Positions 29,005 to 38,568 of a DNA stretch of 64,000 nucleotides are shown piece by piece. The position numbers were made by a program, and so were the translations under genes. Source of the stretch: Planctomycetota bacterium (GTDB lineage: Bacteria > Planctomycetota > B15-G4); contig CBDFJQ010000002.1 in assembly GCA_965248575.1 (NCBI GenBank), positions 96,001 to 160,000 of the forward strand, written 5' to 3'. Position 1 is the stretch's first letter, and each line of letters begins with the position of its first letter. The notes beneath the pieces were generated by a model that was not told the DNA's origin, made no database searches, and saw nothing but the letters and a program-made list of their open reading frames with translations.

Positions 29005-29157
29005 GCCAGCGAAGGTCGACCGAGACGCTCGCTTCTGCGACGGGCAGCGAGGATTCTCGGCGGAAGCCACACGAAATGACGGCAGCAGCCCGCTATGGTT
29101 TGGTCTCAACACACTCGCTTTTGGCGGAGCGGGCTCATCTCGGGGCGGGACCACACC

Positions 29158-29373
29158 ATGCAGTTGAAGCTGAAGCGAGCGGAACGAAGCCGTCATCTCG
29201 CGTTGTTCCTGCTGGTGATGTTGCTACCGGCCGTGACGCTCTACTCCCAGATCGTGGGGAATGGTACGTCGCTCTTTGGTGGGCTGTACTTGCTCGTGAC
29301 CCTGTGCGTGCTGGCCAGCGGTCGCGGAGCGAGCCTCAGGGCCGAACGGTCTCTTCGAACGCGAGACGCGTGA
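29158..29373 (+). CDS. Small two-TM hypothetical protein
   Basis: 71 aa, basic N-terminus and two hydrophobic helices; its 3' end overlaps the convergent gene. Confidence 0.4.
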   Translation: MQLKLKRAERSRHLALFLLVMLLPAVTLYSQIVGNGTSLFGGLYLLVTLCVLASGRGASLRAERSLRTRDA

Positions 29374-30331
29374 AGTTCAGGGTCCAGGGCGGGGTGACGG
29401 CCTCGCCGTCGATCTCGGCATAGGGGTAGATGAAGAAGTTCAACGCCGGTCCCGATTGCGGCGGCTCGAGGATCAGGTCGCGCCCCGTGGTGAAGGCGAC
29501 TCGGTCGCTCGGGAGATGGCCGTAGAAGGCGTCAGGTGTTCCGGCCTTCGAAGCCTCGCTCGCGTCGACGGGTGTCCACCCCGCTTGGGGGTCATAGGCG
29601 GCGCTCCAGCAGTGGTAGCCACCGATGCTGCCGCTCTCCCGATCTGCGGGGATGGGGTAGCCCATGGTGAAGCGTGCGGCGATGTCATGGCTGCGGGTGA
29701 GGCCCATGAAGAGCGAGTGGAAGTCCGTGCAGTTCCCGGCCTTCACGTCCAAGGCTCGTAGGGCATTGCCCTGGCCCCAGCCAGGAGTGCTCTTGTCGTA
29801 GCGCATGGAGCCCACGACAAAGTCATAGGCGGCGCGGATGCGCTGAGCGTCCGTGGACTGCCCTTGCATGACCTGCTCGCTGGTCGTGGCGATGGCGCCC
29901 GACAGGGGGATCTGGGCATCGCTGCCCAGGTCTTCGGGGCGGCGACCGGCCTCTGAAGAAGCGACCCCCTCAGGCATGCGTCGGATGCGGAATCGGACCA
30001 GTAACTCTGCGCCCGCAGGCTCTGCGCCAGTCTTGCCGGCGCGGCTGGGTCGCTCCAGGTAGACGAACTGATTGCCTGCTGGGTCCGTTGTTTCCCGCGT
30101 GAGCCAGGGTGTCACGACCTCGTAGGACAAGACCTGCTGCACCTCGTTCTCGACGGGCTTGGGGAGCCAAAGCCGGACGTCGTCGGTGTCCGCTTCCTGC
30201 AGCTCCGTGAGATCGACCCGCATCTCGAAGTCGTAGTGCGCCGTGTGTTGCCAGCGGTCGTAGCGGGGGCCGCTGCAGGAGACGGCGCAAGCGCCGAGCA
30301 GGAGCAGCCAACAGATCAGGGCAGTCTTCAT
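29336..30331 (-). CDS. Transglutaminase-like domain protein, exported
   Basis: Signal/lipobox; catalytic triad motifs GNCTDFH, GYHCW, WTPVD. Confidence 0.85.
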   Translation of the reverse strand: MKTALICWLLLLGACAVSCSGPRYDRWQHTAHYDFEMRVDLTELQEADTDDVRLWLPKPVENEVQQVLSYEVVTPWLTRETTDPAGNQFVYLERPSRAGKTGAEPAGAELLVRFRIRRMPEGVASSEAGRRPEDLGSDAQIPLSGAIATTSEQVMQGQSTDAQRIRAAYDFVVGSMRYDKSTPGWGQGNALRALDVKAGNCTDFHSLFMGLTRSHDIAARFTMGYPIPADRESGSIGGYHCWSAAYDPQAGWTPVDASEASKAGTPDAFYGHLPSDRVAFTTGRDLILEPPQSGPALNFFIYPYAEIDGEAVTPPWTLNFTRLAFEETVRP

Positions 30332-30373
30332 GGGAGGGCAAGCTCCCAGGATCTGTGAGAGCTACGGCGGGGG

Positions 30374-31183
30374 CTAGAGATCGCGGGTCTGGTAGTCGCG
30401 AAAAGCGAAGAAGGTGCTGACGACCGCCAGCGACAGGAGAACTCCCAGTCCAATCAGGGGAGAGCCATCTTCGAGAATGCTCGCCATTGGGTCGAAGTAG
30501 TGGAAAGGAGTCAACCACTTCATGGGATCGAGCTGTGAGACGACCTTCGAAAGGGTGTCCAGCACATAGGTGACGAGCAGGGTCGCGAGCACCTGGGTCA
30601 CTGCAGTACCGCGTCGTTGGGCGCGGACCGAGACCAGCAGCGTGAACCCACCGACGGCGAGCAGCAGGGAGGACATGAGGCACGCGGCGAGCACGTAACT
30701 GGTCCAGGGCAGCTCGCTGGGCACATCGACCAGTTGCAAGCCAGCGGCACATCCGGTCAGCAGGCTGAGGGGAAGCAGGATAGCCACCACGGCGACGGCC
30801 CAAGCGCTCGCTGCCAGATGTTGTCGACGGGAGAGGGGCCGGGCGAGGAGCAGGTCCCGCAGCCCCGTGTCCCGTTCGCCGGCCGTCGACGACGCGAGCA
30901 GCACGACGACGCCGGAGCAGGCGACGAGCGAGGCCGGGTGCATGAAGCCGAACGCCACGAAAGCAGGGAAGGTCCGGGCCGCGAGCTGGCTGTTGACGAT
31001 GTCGTGCAGGATCTGGGGAAGGGAGTTCAGGAAGTCCTGGATCCCCGGCCCGGCATCAAAGGCCTCGCCGAGGTGGATGATCAGCAGCTGGAAGCCGACG
31101 AGGAAGAGCATGAGGCTGCCGACGAGCCAGCGCGCATGGCGCAGATGCCGCTTCAGAAGCACGAAGGTCATGGAGCCGGTCAT
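30374..31183 (-). CDS. ABC-2 type exporter permease
   Basis: About 6 TM helices; AGERDTG..DLLLARPLSR and LTPFHY. Confidence 0.85.
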   Translation of the reverse strand: MTGSMTFVLLKRHLRHARWLVGSLMLFLVGFQLLIIHLGEAFDAGPGIQDFLNSLPQILHDIVNSQLAARTFPAFVAFGFMHPASLVACSGVVVLLASSTAGERDTGLRDLLLARPLSRRQHLAASAWAVAVVAILLPLSLLTGCAAGLQLVDVPSELPWTSYVLAACLMSSLLLAVGGFTLLVSVRAQRRGTAVTQVLATLLVTYVLDTLSKVVSQLDPMKWLTPFHYFDPMASILEDGSPLIGLGVLLSLAVVSTFFAFRDYQTRDL

Positions 31184-32115
31184 GGCACCGGCCCGGTCGT
31201 CGCAGGGGCTTCATCTGGACTGACGTAGTGGTGCAGGAAGGCCTCATCCAGGTCGGGTTCGGGGAAGCTCATGGACTCAACCGCATGGCGTGCCAGGACG
31301 GCGAGCAAGGGGTCGAGGGCACCGGTGACAGCGAGCACCACGTGGGGGCCATCGCTCTCCAGGATCGCGCTGCAGACAGGCGCGAGCTCGGTCAAGGGAG
31401 CGGCGCGCTTGAAGCGCACCACCATGCGTCGCGTGAGGGATTGCCGCAGGCTCTCTGTCGACTCCATCGTGACCAGGCGACCCTTGCGCACGATGGCGAC
31501 GCGGCTGCAACTGCGGTCGACTTCCGAGATGACGTGCGAGGAATGGAACACCGTTCTCCCCTCGGAACCGGCCTCCCGCATGAGTTCGAGGGTTGCTTCG
31601 CGAGCCAGCGGATCGAGGCCGGTGGTGGGCTCATCCAGGATCAGGAGCGCCGGGTCGTGCTGCAGGGCAGCGATCAATCCGACCTTCTGCTTGGTGCCAC
31701 GGGAGTCGTTGCGCAGCAGGCGCGCTTGATCCTCTGCTGTGAGGCGCAGCCGTTCACACAGCTCCTGGCGTCGCTTGGGGTTGGCCGGTGGTGTTCCGGG
31801 CGGGCGCAGGGAATCGAGGAACACCAGCATCTCGTGCGCGCTCAGGCGCTCGTCGAGACTCAGCTCGCCGGGCAGGTAGCCCACGGACCGACGGACGTCC
31901 GGGTCTCGGACCGAGCGACCAAAGAGCTTGGCTTCGCCGCGCGTAGGGCGGATGAGATCCAGGAGCAGACGGATGGTGGTCGTCTTGCCCGCACCATTCG
32001 GCCCGAGGAAGCCCAGGACCTCGCCCGCCTCCACTCGAAGGTCGAGCGCATCCAAGCCGATTTGCTCGCCGTAGCGTTTGCTGAGGTCGAGGGTCTCGAC
32101 AATTGGTGTTGGCAT
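31180..32115 (-). CDS. ABC transporter ATP-binding protein
   Basis: GPNGAGKTT, SRGTKQK, ILDEPT, SSH. Confidence 0.92.
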   Translation of the reverse strand: MPTPIVETLDLSKRYGEQIGLDALDLRVEAGEVLGFLGPNGAGKTTTIRLLLDLIRPTRGEAKLFGRSVRDPDVRRSVGYLPGELSLDERLSAHEMLVFLDSLRPPGTPPANPKRRQELCERLRLTAEDQARLLRNDSRGTKQKVGLIAALQHDPALLILDEPTTGLDPLAREATLELMREAGSEGRTVFHSSHVISEVDRSCSRVAIVRKGRLVTMESTESLRQSLTRRMVVRFKRAAPLTELAPVCSAILESDGPHVVLAVTGALDPLLAVLARHAVESMSFPEPDLDEAFLHHYVSPDEAPATTGPVP

Positions 32116-32200
32116 GCGCAGCTCGGTGCTGTGGGGGTGCGCATCCTACCGTTCGTTGGCGCGACGCACCGTGCCTCGCAACCGAACGGGGGCGAAGCCC

Positions 32201-33022
32201 CTAGAGCGTCACGCCAAAGACGCCCTTGAGCGCCAGGCCGGCGCCGATGGAGAGCAGGAAGAAGGAGATGAGGATGCCTCCCTCCCCGTCCGGCAGCCCT
32301 GGGATGGGGCGGTCCGGGTACTGCAGCCGGATCTCCTTTACGGGCGAATCGGCAGCCAGGGCGGCCTCTCCCGGGTACAGGTAGCCTTCCCAGCTCTTGG
32401 TGCGCATGAAGGGCACCTTGCGGGACTCACCGCCCGCGGCCAGCCCCTTCTCGATCACCTCGTCGCCCACGTGGATCTTGAGCACGTGGTCACCGGGCTC
32501 GTCGACCTTCAGGCGCCAGGCGATCTCACCCGCGCCAGGCACGGCTGGGGCGGTGAGGCTCAAGCCGGCAGGCAGTTCGAGGCGCACATCGCTGGCGTGC
32601 ACATCCGTGAACTCCGAGTCCAGTTCCATGGTCAGCACCTGCGTGCTGCCGGGGACCATGGGGTCGAGCGCATAGTGCGCTTCGAGCTGGAACAGGATGG
32701 TCATCATGGGCACGAACATGACGATCATGGGCAGGATGTTGTGCCCGATGTAGAGCGCGTTCTTGCCCAGGATCTTGCCTGTCGCGATCACCACACCCAG
32801 GAGGTCGTCCTGGAAGAGGCGGATCTCGAGCAGGTGGACCTTGATGTCGTTCTTGGCCTTCTCGATGCCCGCCTGGTTGCTGATCCACTTGTAGACCAGG
32901 AGCGCCACGATACCGCCCAGGATGGACCACAGCAGGATGTCGACGAGCGCAGACGCGCTGCCGAACCAGCCCAGCACGGGGCCGAAGATGGCGGAGGTGA
33001 CGGAGTTGAAGGTGGTGAGCAT
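32201..33022 (-). CDS. Three-TM membrane protein resembling EMC3/TMCO1/DUF106 (Oxa1 superfamily)
   Basis: Order of elements: amphipathic N-helix (IFGPVL), TM1, charged helical hairpin, PMIVMFVP TM2, soluble insert, TM3 ending LKGVFGV. The family call is pattern-based. Confidence 0.6.
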   Translation of the reverse strand: MLTTFNSVTSAIFGPVLGWFGSASALVDILLWSILGGIVALLVYKWISNQAGIEKAKNDIKVHLLEIRLFQDDLLGVVIATGKILGKNALYIGHNILPMIVMFVPMMTILFQLEAHYALDPMVPGSTQVLTMELDSEFTDVHASDVRLELPAGLSLTAPAVPGAGEIAWRLKVDEPGDHVLKIHVGDEVIEKGLAAGGESRKVPFMRTKSWEGYLYPGEAALAADSPVKEIRLQYPDRPIPGLPDGEGGILISFFLLSIGAGLALKGVFGVTL

Positions 33023-33079
33023 CGCGAGGTCGGAGGGCGAGGAGTGCGGTGGAGCCGTGAGGCACCCGAAGTGCGGCGA

Positions 33080-33274
33080 CTAGCTGATGTAACCCAGGCC
33101 GCGCAGCTTGTTCTTGATGTCTTCGTCACTCTCGCCGCCTTCGAAGTTCTGCATCTCCTTTTCAAGGATGTGCGTGATGAACTCCTCCACCGTGGCGTAG
33201 CCGGCGGTGTCCGAGACGCGCTTCAAACGGGTGATGAGGTCCTTGTCGAGCCTGACTTTGGTGGCGCCGAACAT
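33080..33274 (-). CDS. 64-aa ribbon-helix-helix-like protein with LGY tail
   Basis: GGAG before ATG; KVRLD-helix-GYATVEEFI-helix; ends IKNKLRGLGYIS. Confidence 0.75.
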   Translation of the reverse strand: MFGATKVRLDKDLITRLKRVSDTAGYATVEEFITHILEKEMQNFEGGESDEDIKNKLRGLGYIS

Positions 33275-33352
33275 GTGGGTGCTCCGGTCTAGGAGAGAGG
33301 AAGAAGGGTGAGTGCCTGGTGGGTCGTGCCGAAGAGCCGTTGAGGCCCCAGG

Positions 33353-35434
33353 TCAGCGGAGAAAGCTCTCGCCAACCATGTCGGCTGGGATTGCGACTCC
33401 ATAATAGTCCAGAAGTGAGGCCGTGACGTCGGTCAGGTTGTTGCCGTCATGGGCCAGCTTGCGGTTGCTGAGCAGGATGCCCGGAACGACCTCGGGGGCC
33501 ATCAGGTGGTTTCCGGACCAGCGGCTCTCGTTGTCGACGAAGACCGCCTCGGTGATCTCACCCAGGGTGGACTCCTCGGAGCAACCGTAGCCGGCGGCGT
33601 AGCCCACCACGATGTCCGGTGCCTCGCTGACACGTTCACCGGAGTAGATGTCGGAGGCCTTCTTGGCGTGCAGGACGGCATCTGCGCCGTCCCTGGGGTC
33701 CTTGAGGGCCTGCAGCTTGGCGATGATCTCGGCGCTCAGGGCGTCCGCCTCGGACTCGCCGACGATGCCCTCCGCCTCGCGACCTTCCATGTTCAGGTAG
33801 AGGCCGTTGAAGCCGAGCCCGTAGGCGCGGGTCTGGCTCCAGTCGATGGAGTGCAGCGGGATGCCGTTGTCATCGACCCGAACCTCGCCGGCCTCGTCAA
33901 GGATCGCGGGGCCCACGGCGCCGGTCTTCCTGTCGCCGTTGAGGACGAGGTAGCCCTCCTCGCGCAGCCAGGCGTTGAGATGCAGCTGGCGACGGAAGGG
34001 CTGGAAGCCGTGGTCGCTCATGACCAGCAGCAAGGTCTCGGGGGGCAGCTGCTCGCGCACGCGACCCAAGACGCCGTCGACGGTGGTGTAGAAGTCCTCG
34101 ATGTCGAGGCGGTGCTTGGCTGCCGACTCTGCCTCGAAGGCGGGGTGCGGGGCGCTGTCGTCGTGTTTGGGGTCGCCGTGGCGCCAGAGCATGTGGCACT
34201 GCAGATCGATGTCCGACAGGTACATGAAGCTCATGTCCCCGGCGGAGAAGCGCTCCAGCGCGACGTCGAGCATCATGTGCCCGTCCTCGTGCACCAACTT
34301 CACCTGGCTGATGTAGTCGTCGTCGTCGAAGAGGCCGTCCTTCAGGGCGTTCACTTCTTCGGGCATGCCCTGGGTGTAGTAGCGGCCCATGGCCTCGGCG
34401 AGATCCTCAGCCGCCGAGTCGGGGGTTGCGATGGCCTGCGCCGGGGCCTCGGGGTCGATGTTCACTGGGGAGGCGTAGAGCTTCAGGTTCGGGCGCACGT
34501 CCTTGAGGTAGAAGCGCACCATGCCGCCCATGGGCATCATGGGCATGGGCTCGAAGCTGACGGACATCCAGTCGCTCCACTCGCCCACCTGCAGCACGGA
34601 CTGCCCGCTGGGTGCGCTGACATCGCCGACCCGCAGCCAGACCACCTCGTCGTTCTTGGAGACGGTGACGGTGAGCGGGGTGGAGAGCAGGTCATGGGGG
34701 CCCTTGCCGACGCGCATGGAATCCGGCGGGCCGAAGACTGCGGAGCGGTAGGTCTCGTCGAAGCCGTCGCCGTCCTCGTCGTCAGGCGAGATGATCTGCA
34801 GGTCGGCCTTCAGCTCGGAGGCGTTGGGCAGGATCTCGTCCGTGTACCAGGTGTACTCGCCTGCGGTGCCGCGCATGTCCACCGTGCCCATGCCCGACAG
34901 GGTCAAGGCCTCGGAGGGCGTGACGGGGTAGTTGCCGGGGATGCGATAGACCTCGGTCTTCACCCCTGCCTCGTTCAGGTAGTCCCAGTAGGGCTTGCCC
35001 GAGCGGTTGTTGGGCAGCTCTTCGCCACCCAAGGGGATGGCGTAGCCGAACATCTCGAGCATCGCCGGCTCTTCGCCGCTGGGGGCCGGGGTCGCCGAGG
35101 TGATGGGGATGTAGGTCGCCGGATCGCGATGGATGAAGTCGTAGATCCCGTGGCCGCCTGGGTTCATGCCCGTGACGAAGTTGGACCAGGCGACGGGGCT
35201 CTGGGGCGGGTTGCTGGTGCCGAGTTGCTGGAAGCTGCCCTCTCCGGCGAGCTTCTGGAAGTGGGGCATCTTGCCCTCATCCATGAGCCGCTGGAGGATT
35301 TGCGGATCCATGCCATCGATACCCAGGACGAACACGCCCGCCTTGTCGGCGCTGGTGTCCTGGAGGGCGGAAGCCGCGGCGAAGGGGGAGATGACCGTCA
35401 GCGCGAACGCGAACGACGACAGCAGCATGCCCAT
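33353..35434 (-). CDS. AlkP-superfamily (type I phosphodiesterase/NPP-like) protein, signal-peptide-bearing
   Basis: Hydrophobic leader ending AAASA; GIDG, PPQSPVAW, DLQCH, SDHGF, SGNH. Confidence 0.85.
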   Translation of the reverse strand: MGMLLSSFAFALTVISPFAAASALQDTSADKAGVFVLGIDGMDPQILQRLMDEGKMPHFQKLAGEGSFQQLGTSNPPQSPVAWSNFVTGMNPGGHGIYDFIHRDPATYIPITSATPAPSGEEPAMLEMFGYAIPLGGEELPNNRSGKPYWDYLNEAGVKTEVYRIPGNYPVTPSEALTLSGMGTVDMRGTAGEYTWYTDEILPNASELKADLQIISPDDEDGDGFDETYRSAVFGPPDSMRVGKGPHDLLSTPLTVTVSKNDEVVWLRVGDVSAPSGQSVLQVGEWSDWMSVSFEPMPMMPMGGMVRFYLKDVRPNLKLYASPVNIDPEAPAQAIATPDSAAEDLAEAMGRYYTQGMPEEVNALKDGLFDDDDYISQVKLVHEDGHMMLDVALERFSAGDMSFMYLSDIDLQCHMLWRHGDPKHDDSAPHPAFEAESAAKHRLDIEDFYTTVDGVLGRVREQLPPETLLLVMSDHGFQPFRRQLHLNAWLREEGYLVLNGDRKTGAVGPAILDEAGEVRVDDNGIPLHSIDWSQTRAYGLGFNGLYLNMEGREAEGIVGESEADALSAEIIAKLQALKDPRDGADAVLHAKKASDIYSGERVSEAPDIVVGYAAGYGCSEESTLGEITEAVFVDNESRWSGNHLMAPEVVPGILLSNRKLAHDGNNLTDVTASLLDYYGVAIPADMVGESFLR

Positions 35435-37686
35435 CAGTTGTGATCCTCGGCTGTGGCGGCTTCGGGGGCAGCACCACCGGTGACGGCCTCTGCCTCGCCG
35501 GAGTCGGGGCGGCCCTCGGGGAAGATCAGCGCGCCGGGTGCCGAGCCCGACTGGCTGAGGGTGGTGGGGTCCAGAGGGCCCGTGAAGGCCTGCTCGCCGG
35601 GAGTGGCGAAGATCGAGGAGCCCTGCATGTAGTCGGCCGGTTTCTGGCCGAACAGCGTCATCACGGACGGCGCCATGTCCAGCAGGTTGGGCGTCTCGGT
35701 GTTGATGGGCATGTTGGAGAAGAAGATGCCCGGCACGATGCGCGGATCGACGCAGTGGTCGCCGCTCCAGCTCTTGTTGTTGTCGCTGAAGGTCTCGAGC
35801 GGCACGGAACCGGTGGCGCAGTCCCAGCTGTTCCGGAAGCCACCGTCGTAGCCGATGATCAGGTCTGGGGCGTCAAACCGGTACGGGCCATCGTAGAAGT
35901 CGGCAGAGGCGAAGACGTCGATGATGGCCTTGCGGTCATCCTTCGGGTCGCGCATTTGCTTCAACTTGGAGATCAGCTCCTGCACCAGGGCGTCGTACTC
36001 CGCGCCCTCCTCCACGATACCGCTGGCCTCGCGGCCCTTGCGGTTGATGAACATGCCGGTCAGGCCCAGGCTGAAGGCCTTGGTGCGACTCCAGTCGACG
36101 TTCTCGAACCAGTCACCGGATGTCTCGCAACCCTCCTTCAAGAAGAGGTAGCCCTCGTGCTTGAGCCAGGTGTTGAGGTTCACGCCGCGGCGGAAGTTCG
36201 TGAAGCCGTGGTCGGAGATGATGCAGAAGCAGGTGTCCTCGCGGACCAGGTCGTCCCACATCTCGCCCAGCATCGTGTCCATGCGCTGGTACACGTTGCA
36301 GATGGCGTCCTTCCACTTCTCCGTGTCACGCCCCTCGTTGGCCGGGTGATCCGGGTCGAGGTAGCGGTAGAACATGTGCTGCACACGGTCGGTGGTGTCG
36401 AAGACGCAGGTGATGAGGCCCTTCTTCGTCTTCTGCAGTGCGTCCTTGAACATGGCGACGCGCTCGTCGGCGATGAGCATGGCCTGCTTGTAGAAGGCCT
36501 CCTCGTCGATGACGCGCTCGTTCAACGCCCACGTGTCTTCCGCCAGGCCCAGGGTCGCGAACTTGCCCAGCTTCTTCGCCAGGTAGATCGCGTACACAGC
36601 CGGGTGGCTGATGGGCATCGCCGGGTTCTCCGGGTCGATGTGAATGGGCGTGTGGTAGAGGTTGAAGTCGGGGTCGATCTCGGTGATGTAGAAGCGCGCG
36701 ATGCCCTTGGCCTTGCCGAACGACAGGTCGATCCACTCGCTGTACTCACGCGGCTTCAGCGTGAAGGCATCCGTGCCGTCCACCTCGAAGGTCGCCGAGG
36801 ACTTGTCCGGCGCGACCGTGATGGTCATGGGGATGGTCATGTTGCCGCCGGTGCCGTCATCGGGGCCCATGATGCGCGTGCGGATGCGGTTGCCGTCGCC
36901 TGTGCGGCGCAGCACCGTCTGCTCGCCGCCAGTGAAGGCTGCGTGCCCGTCACTGCTTTGGGTACTGAAGAAACCGAAGGTTCCCTGGCTTCCGCGCAGG
37001 TCGGGCACGCACATGCCTGACAGCAATTGACCCTTGAAGGGGACCGGCGGGAAGGTGATCGGCACGCGCTGGATGGTGGACGGGATGTTGCGCTGTCCCA
37101 GCAGCTTCCAGAAGGCCTGGCTCTTCTGGAGCAGCTTGATGTTCACCTTGGTGCCGGGCAGGGGCACCATGAACTTACCGATGTTCATGACGCGCTTGGC
37201 CGAGCGGATGTCGGTGCTCGAGAGCATCGGCATGTACGTGCACGGGTCGCGCGTCAAGAAGTCGTAGATATTGTGACGCGAGGGGTCCACGCCCGTGGTG
37301 AAGCTGGACCAGGCCACCGGCGACATGGACGGGTAGCTGGTGCCCAGCGGCCGGAAGACACCCTTGTCAGCCAGGCGCTGGAAGTTGGGCAGCTTGCCCT
37401 CGCGCATGAACTTCGTGGTGAGTCCTGGGTCCATGCCGTCCAGACCCAGGATCACCACGCGCTTCACACGCGCCTTCTTGAAGGGGTTGCCCGTGAGAAT
37501 CAGCCGCCAGATCAAGCGCAGCGGGAAGATCAGGATGGTGCCGACCGCCAGGAACATCGTGGTGACGAGCACCAGCGCAGACCCAGCAAAGGCGAAACCC
37601 GCACCGGGGCCGATGTACGCCGCCGCCGGCTGGGTGGCGAGCAGCACCCAGACGGCAACGATGGAGACGATCTTCAGGCGACGCAT
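35434..37686 (-). CDS. AlkP-superfamily (type I phosphodiesterase/NPP-like) protein with signal peptide, YIGPG motif and TM anchor
   Basis: ...AAA|YIGPGAG, TM, FKKARVKR, then GLDG, PSMSPVAW, DRVQH, SDHGF, SGDH. TGATG coupling to the next gene. Confidence 0.85.
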   Translation of the reverse strand: MRRLKIVSIVAVWVLLATQPAAAYIGPGAGFAFAGSALVLVTTMFLAVGTILIFPLRLIWRLILTGNPFKKARVKRVVILGLDGMDPGLTTKFMREGKLPNFQRLADKGVFRPLGTSYPSMSPVAWSSFTTGVDPSRHNIYDFLTRDPCTYMPMLSSTDIRSAKRVMNIGKFMVPLPGTKVNIKLLQKSQAFWKLLGQRNIPSTIQRVPITFPPVPFKGQLLSGMCVPDLRGSQGTFGFFSTQSSDGHAAFTGGEQTVLRRTGDGNRIRTRIMGPDDGTGGNMTIPMTITVAPDKSSATFEVDGTDAFTLKPREYSEWIDLSFGKAKGIARFYITEIDPDFNLYHTPIHIDPENPAMPISHPAVYAIYLAKKLGKFATLGLAEDTWALNERVIDEEAFYKQAMLIADERVAMFKDALQKTKKGLITCVFDTTDRVQHMFYRYLDPDHPANEGRDTEKWKDAICNVYQRMDTMLGEMWDDLVREDTCFCIISDHGFTNFRRGVNLNTWLKHEGYLFLKEGCETSGDWFENVDWSRTKAFSLGLTGMFINRKGREASGIVEEGAEYDALVQELISKLKQMRDPKDDRKAIIDVFASADFYDGPYRFDAPDLIIGYDGGFRNSWDCATGSVPLETFSDNNKSWSGDHCVDPRIVPGIFFSNMPINTETPNLLDMAPSVMTLFGQKPADYMQGSSIFATPGEQAFTGPLDPTTLSQSGSAPGALIFPEGRPDSGEAEAVTGGAAPEAATAEDHN

Positions 37687-37749
37687 CAAGTCAGTATCTC
37701 GCGGGGCGGCGGCCTGGCCGGCCAATATCACGGTCTAGAAAGAAGGAAC

Positions 37750-38361
37750 TCAGTCGATGAACTTCAGGGACTTCAGGCGGCCCTTGATCTGCTCCTCCTC
37801 CTCGGAGGAGATGCCACCATCATCGGCGGCATGGGCGAGGCCCTTCAGCTCAAGGTAGCGGATGATCTTGTCCACGGACTCGTCGATGCCTTCGTTCTCG
37901 GTGTGCACTTCGACTTCGGGGTTCTTGGGAGCCTCATAAGGATCGTCGATTCCCGTGAATCCCTTGATCTCACCTGCCCGCGCCTTCTTGTAGAGGCCCT
38001 TCGTGTCGCGCTCCTCGAGCTTCTCGATGGAGCACTCGGTGTAGACCTCCACGAAGTTCTCGTGCATGCCGCGCACTTCGTCGCGGATGCCCTGGTAGGG
38101 GGAGATGGCGGCCGCGATGCAGACAGTGTTGTTGCGGGCCAAAAGGCTGCTGACAAAGCCGATCCGGCGAATGTTGGTGTCGCGGTCCTCCTTGGAGAAG
38201 CCGAGGCCCTTGGAGAGGTTGGTGCGCACCACGTCGCCGTCCAGCAGCTCGACGTTCATGCCGCGCTTCAGGAGGATCTTCTCGATCTTCTTGCCGAGGG
38301 TGGTCTTGCCGGCACCGGAGAGACCGGTGAACCAGAGAGTGAAGCCGGGATGGTTGGCCAT
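37750..38361 (-). CDS. cysC: Adenylyl-sulfate (APS) kinase with C-terminal extension
   Basis: [48 protein letters not shown]. Confidence 0.95.
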   Translation of the reverse strand: MANHPGFTLWFTGLSGAGKTTLGKKIEKILLKRGMNVELLDGDVVRTNLSKGLGFSKEDRDTNIRRIGFVSSLLARNNTVCIAAAISPYQGIRDEVRGMHENFVEVYTECSIEKLEERDTKGLYKKARAGEIKGFTGIDDPYEAPKNPEVEVHTENEGIDESVDKIIRYLELKGLAHAADDGGISSEEEEQIKGRLKSLKFID

Positions 38362-38568
38362 GATTGGTATTGCCTTTTCAGTAAGCGTGTGGGGTTGTGG
38401 GTAGACGTCGCGGGCAGGCTGATTGTTGGGTGCTGCCCATCGGTCGGAGAAGAGAACAGCTTGGTCCCGGCAGGGCGCCCTCCAACGACAGACCGGGTGG
38501 TGCGCGGTGCGTCGCCCTTGGGAGCCTCGCCGGGGGGCGAAGGCTCGAGTGCGTGATCGCTCAGGCGA

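Noticed and set aside
30374..32115. ABC exporter as part of the PAPS cluster
   Set aside because: Co-oriented and 85 bp downstream, but a generic ABC-2 type with nothing in the sequence tying it to the cluster; left out pending synteny data.
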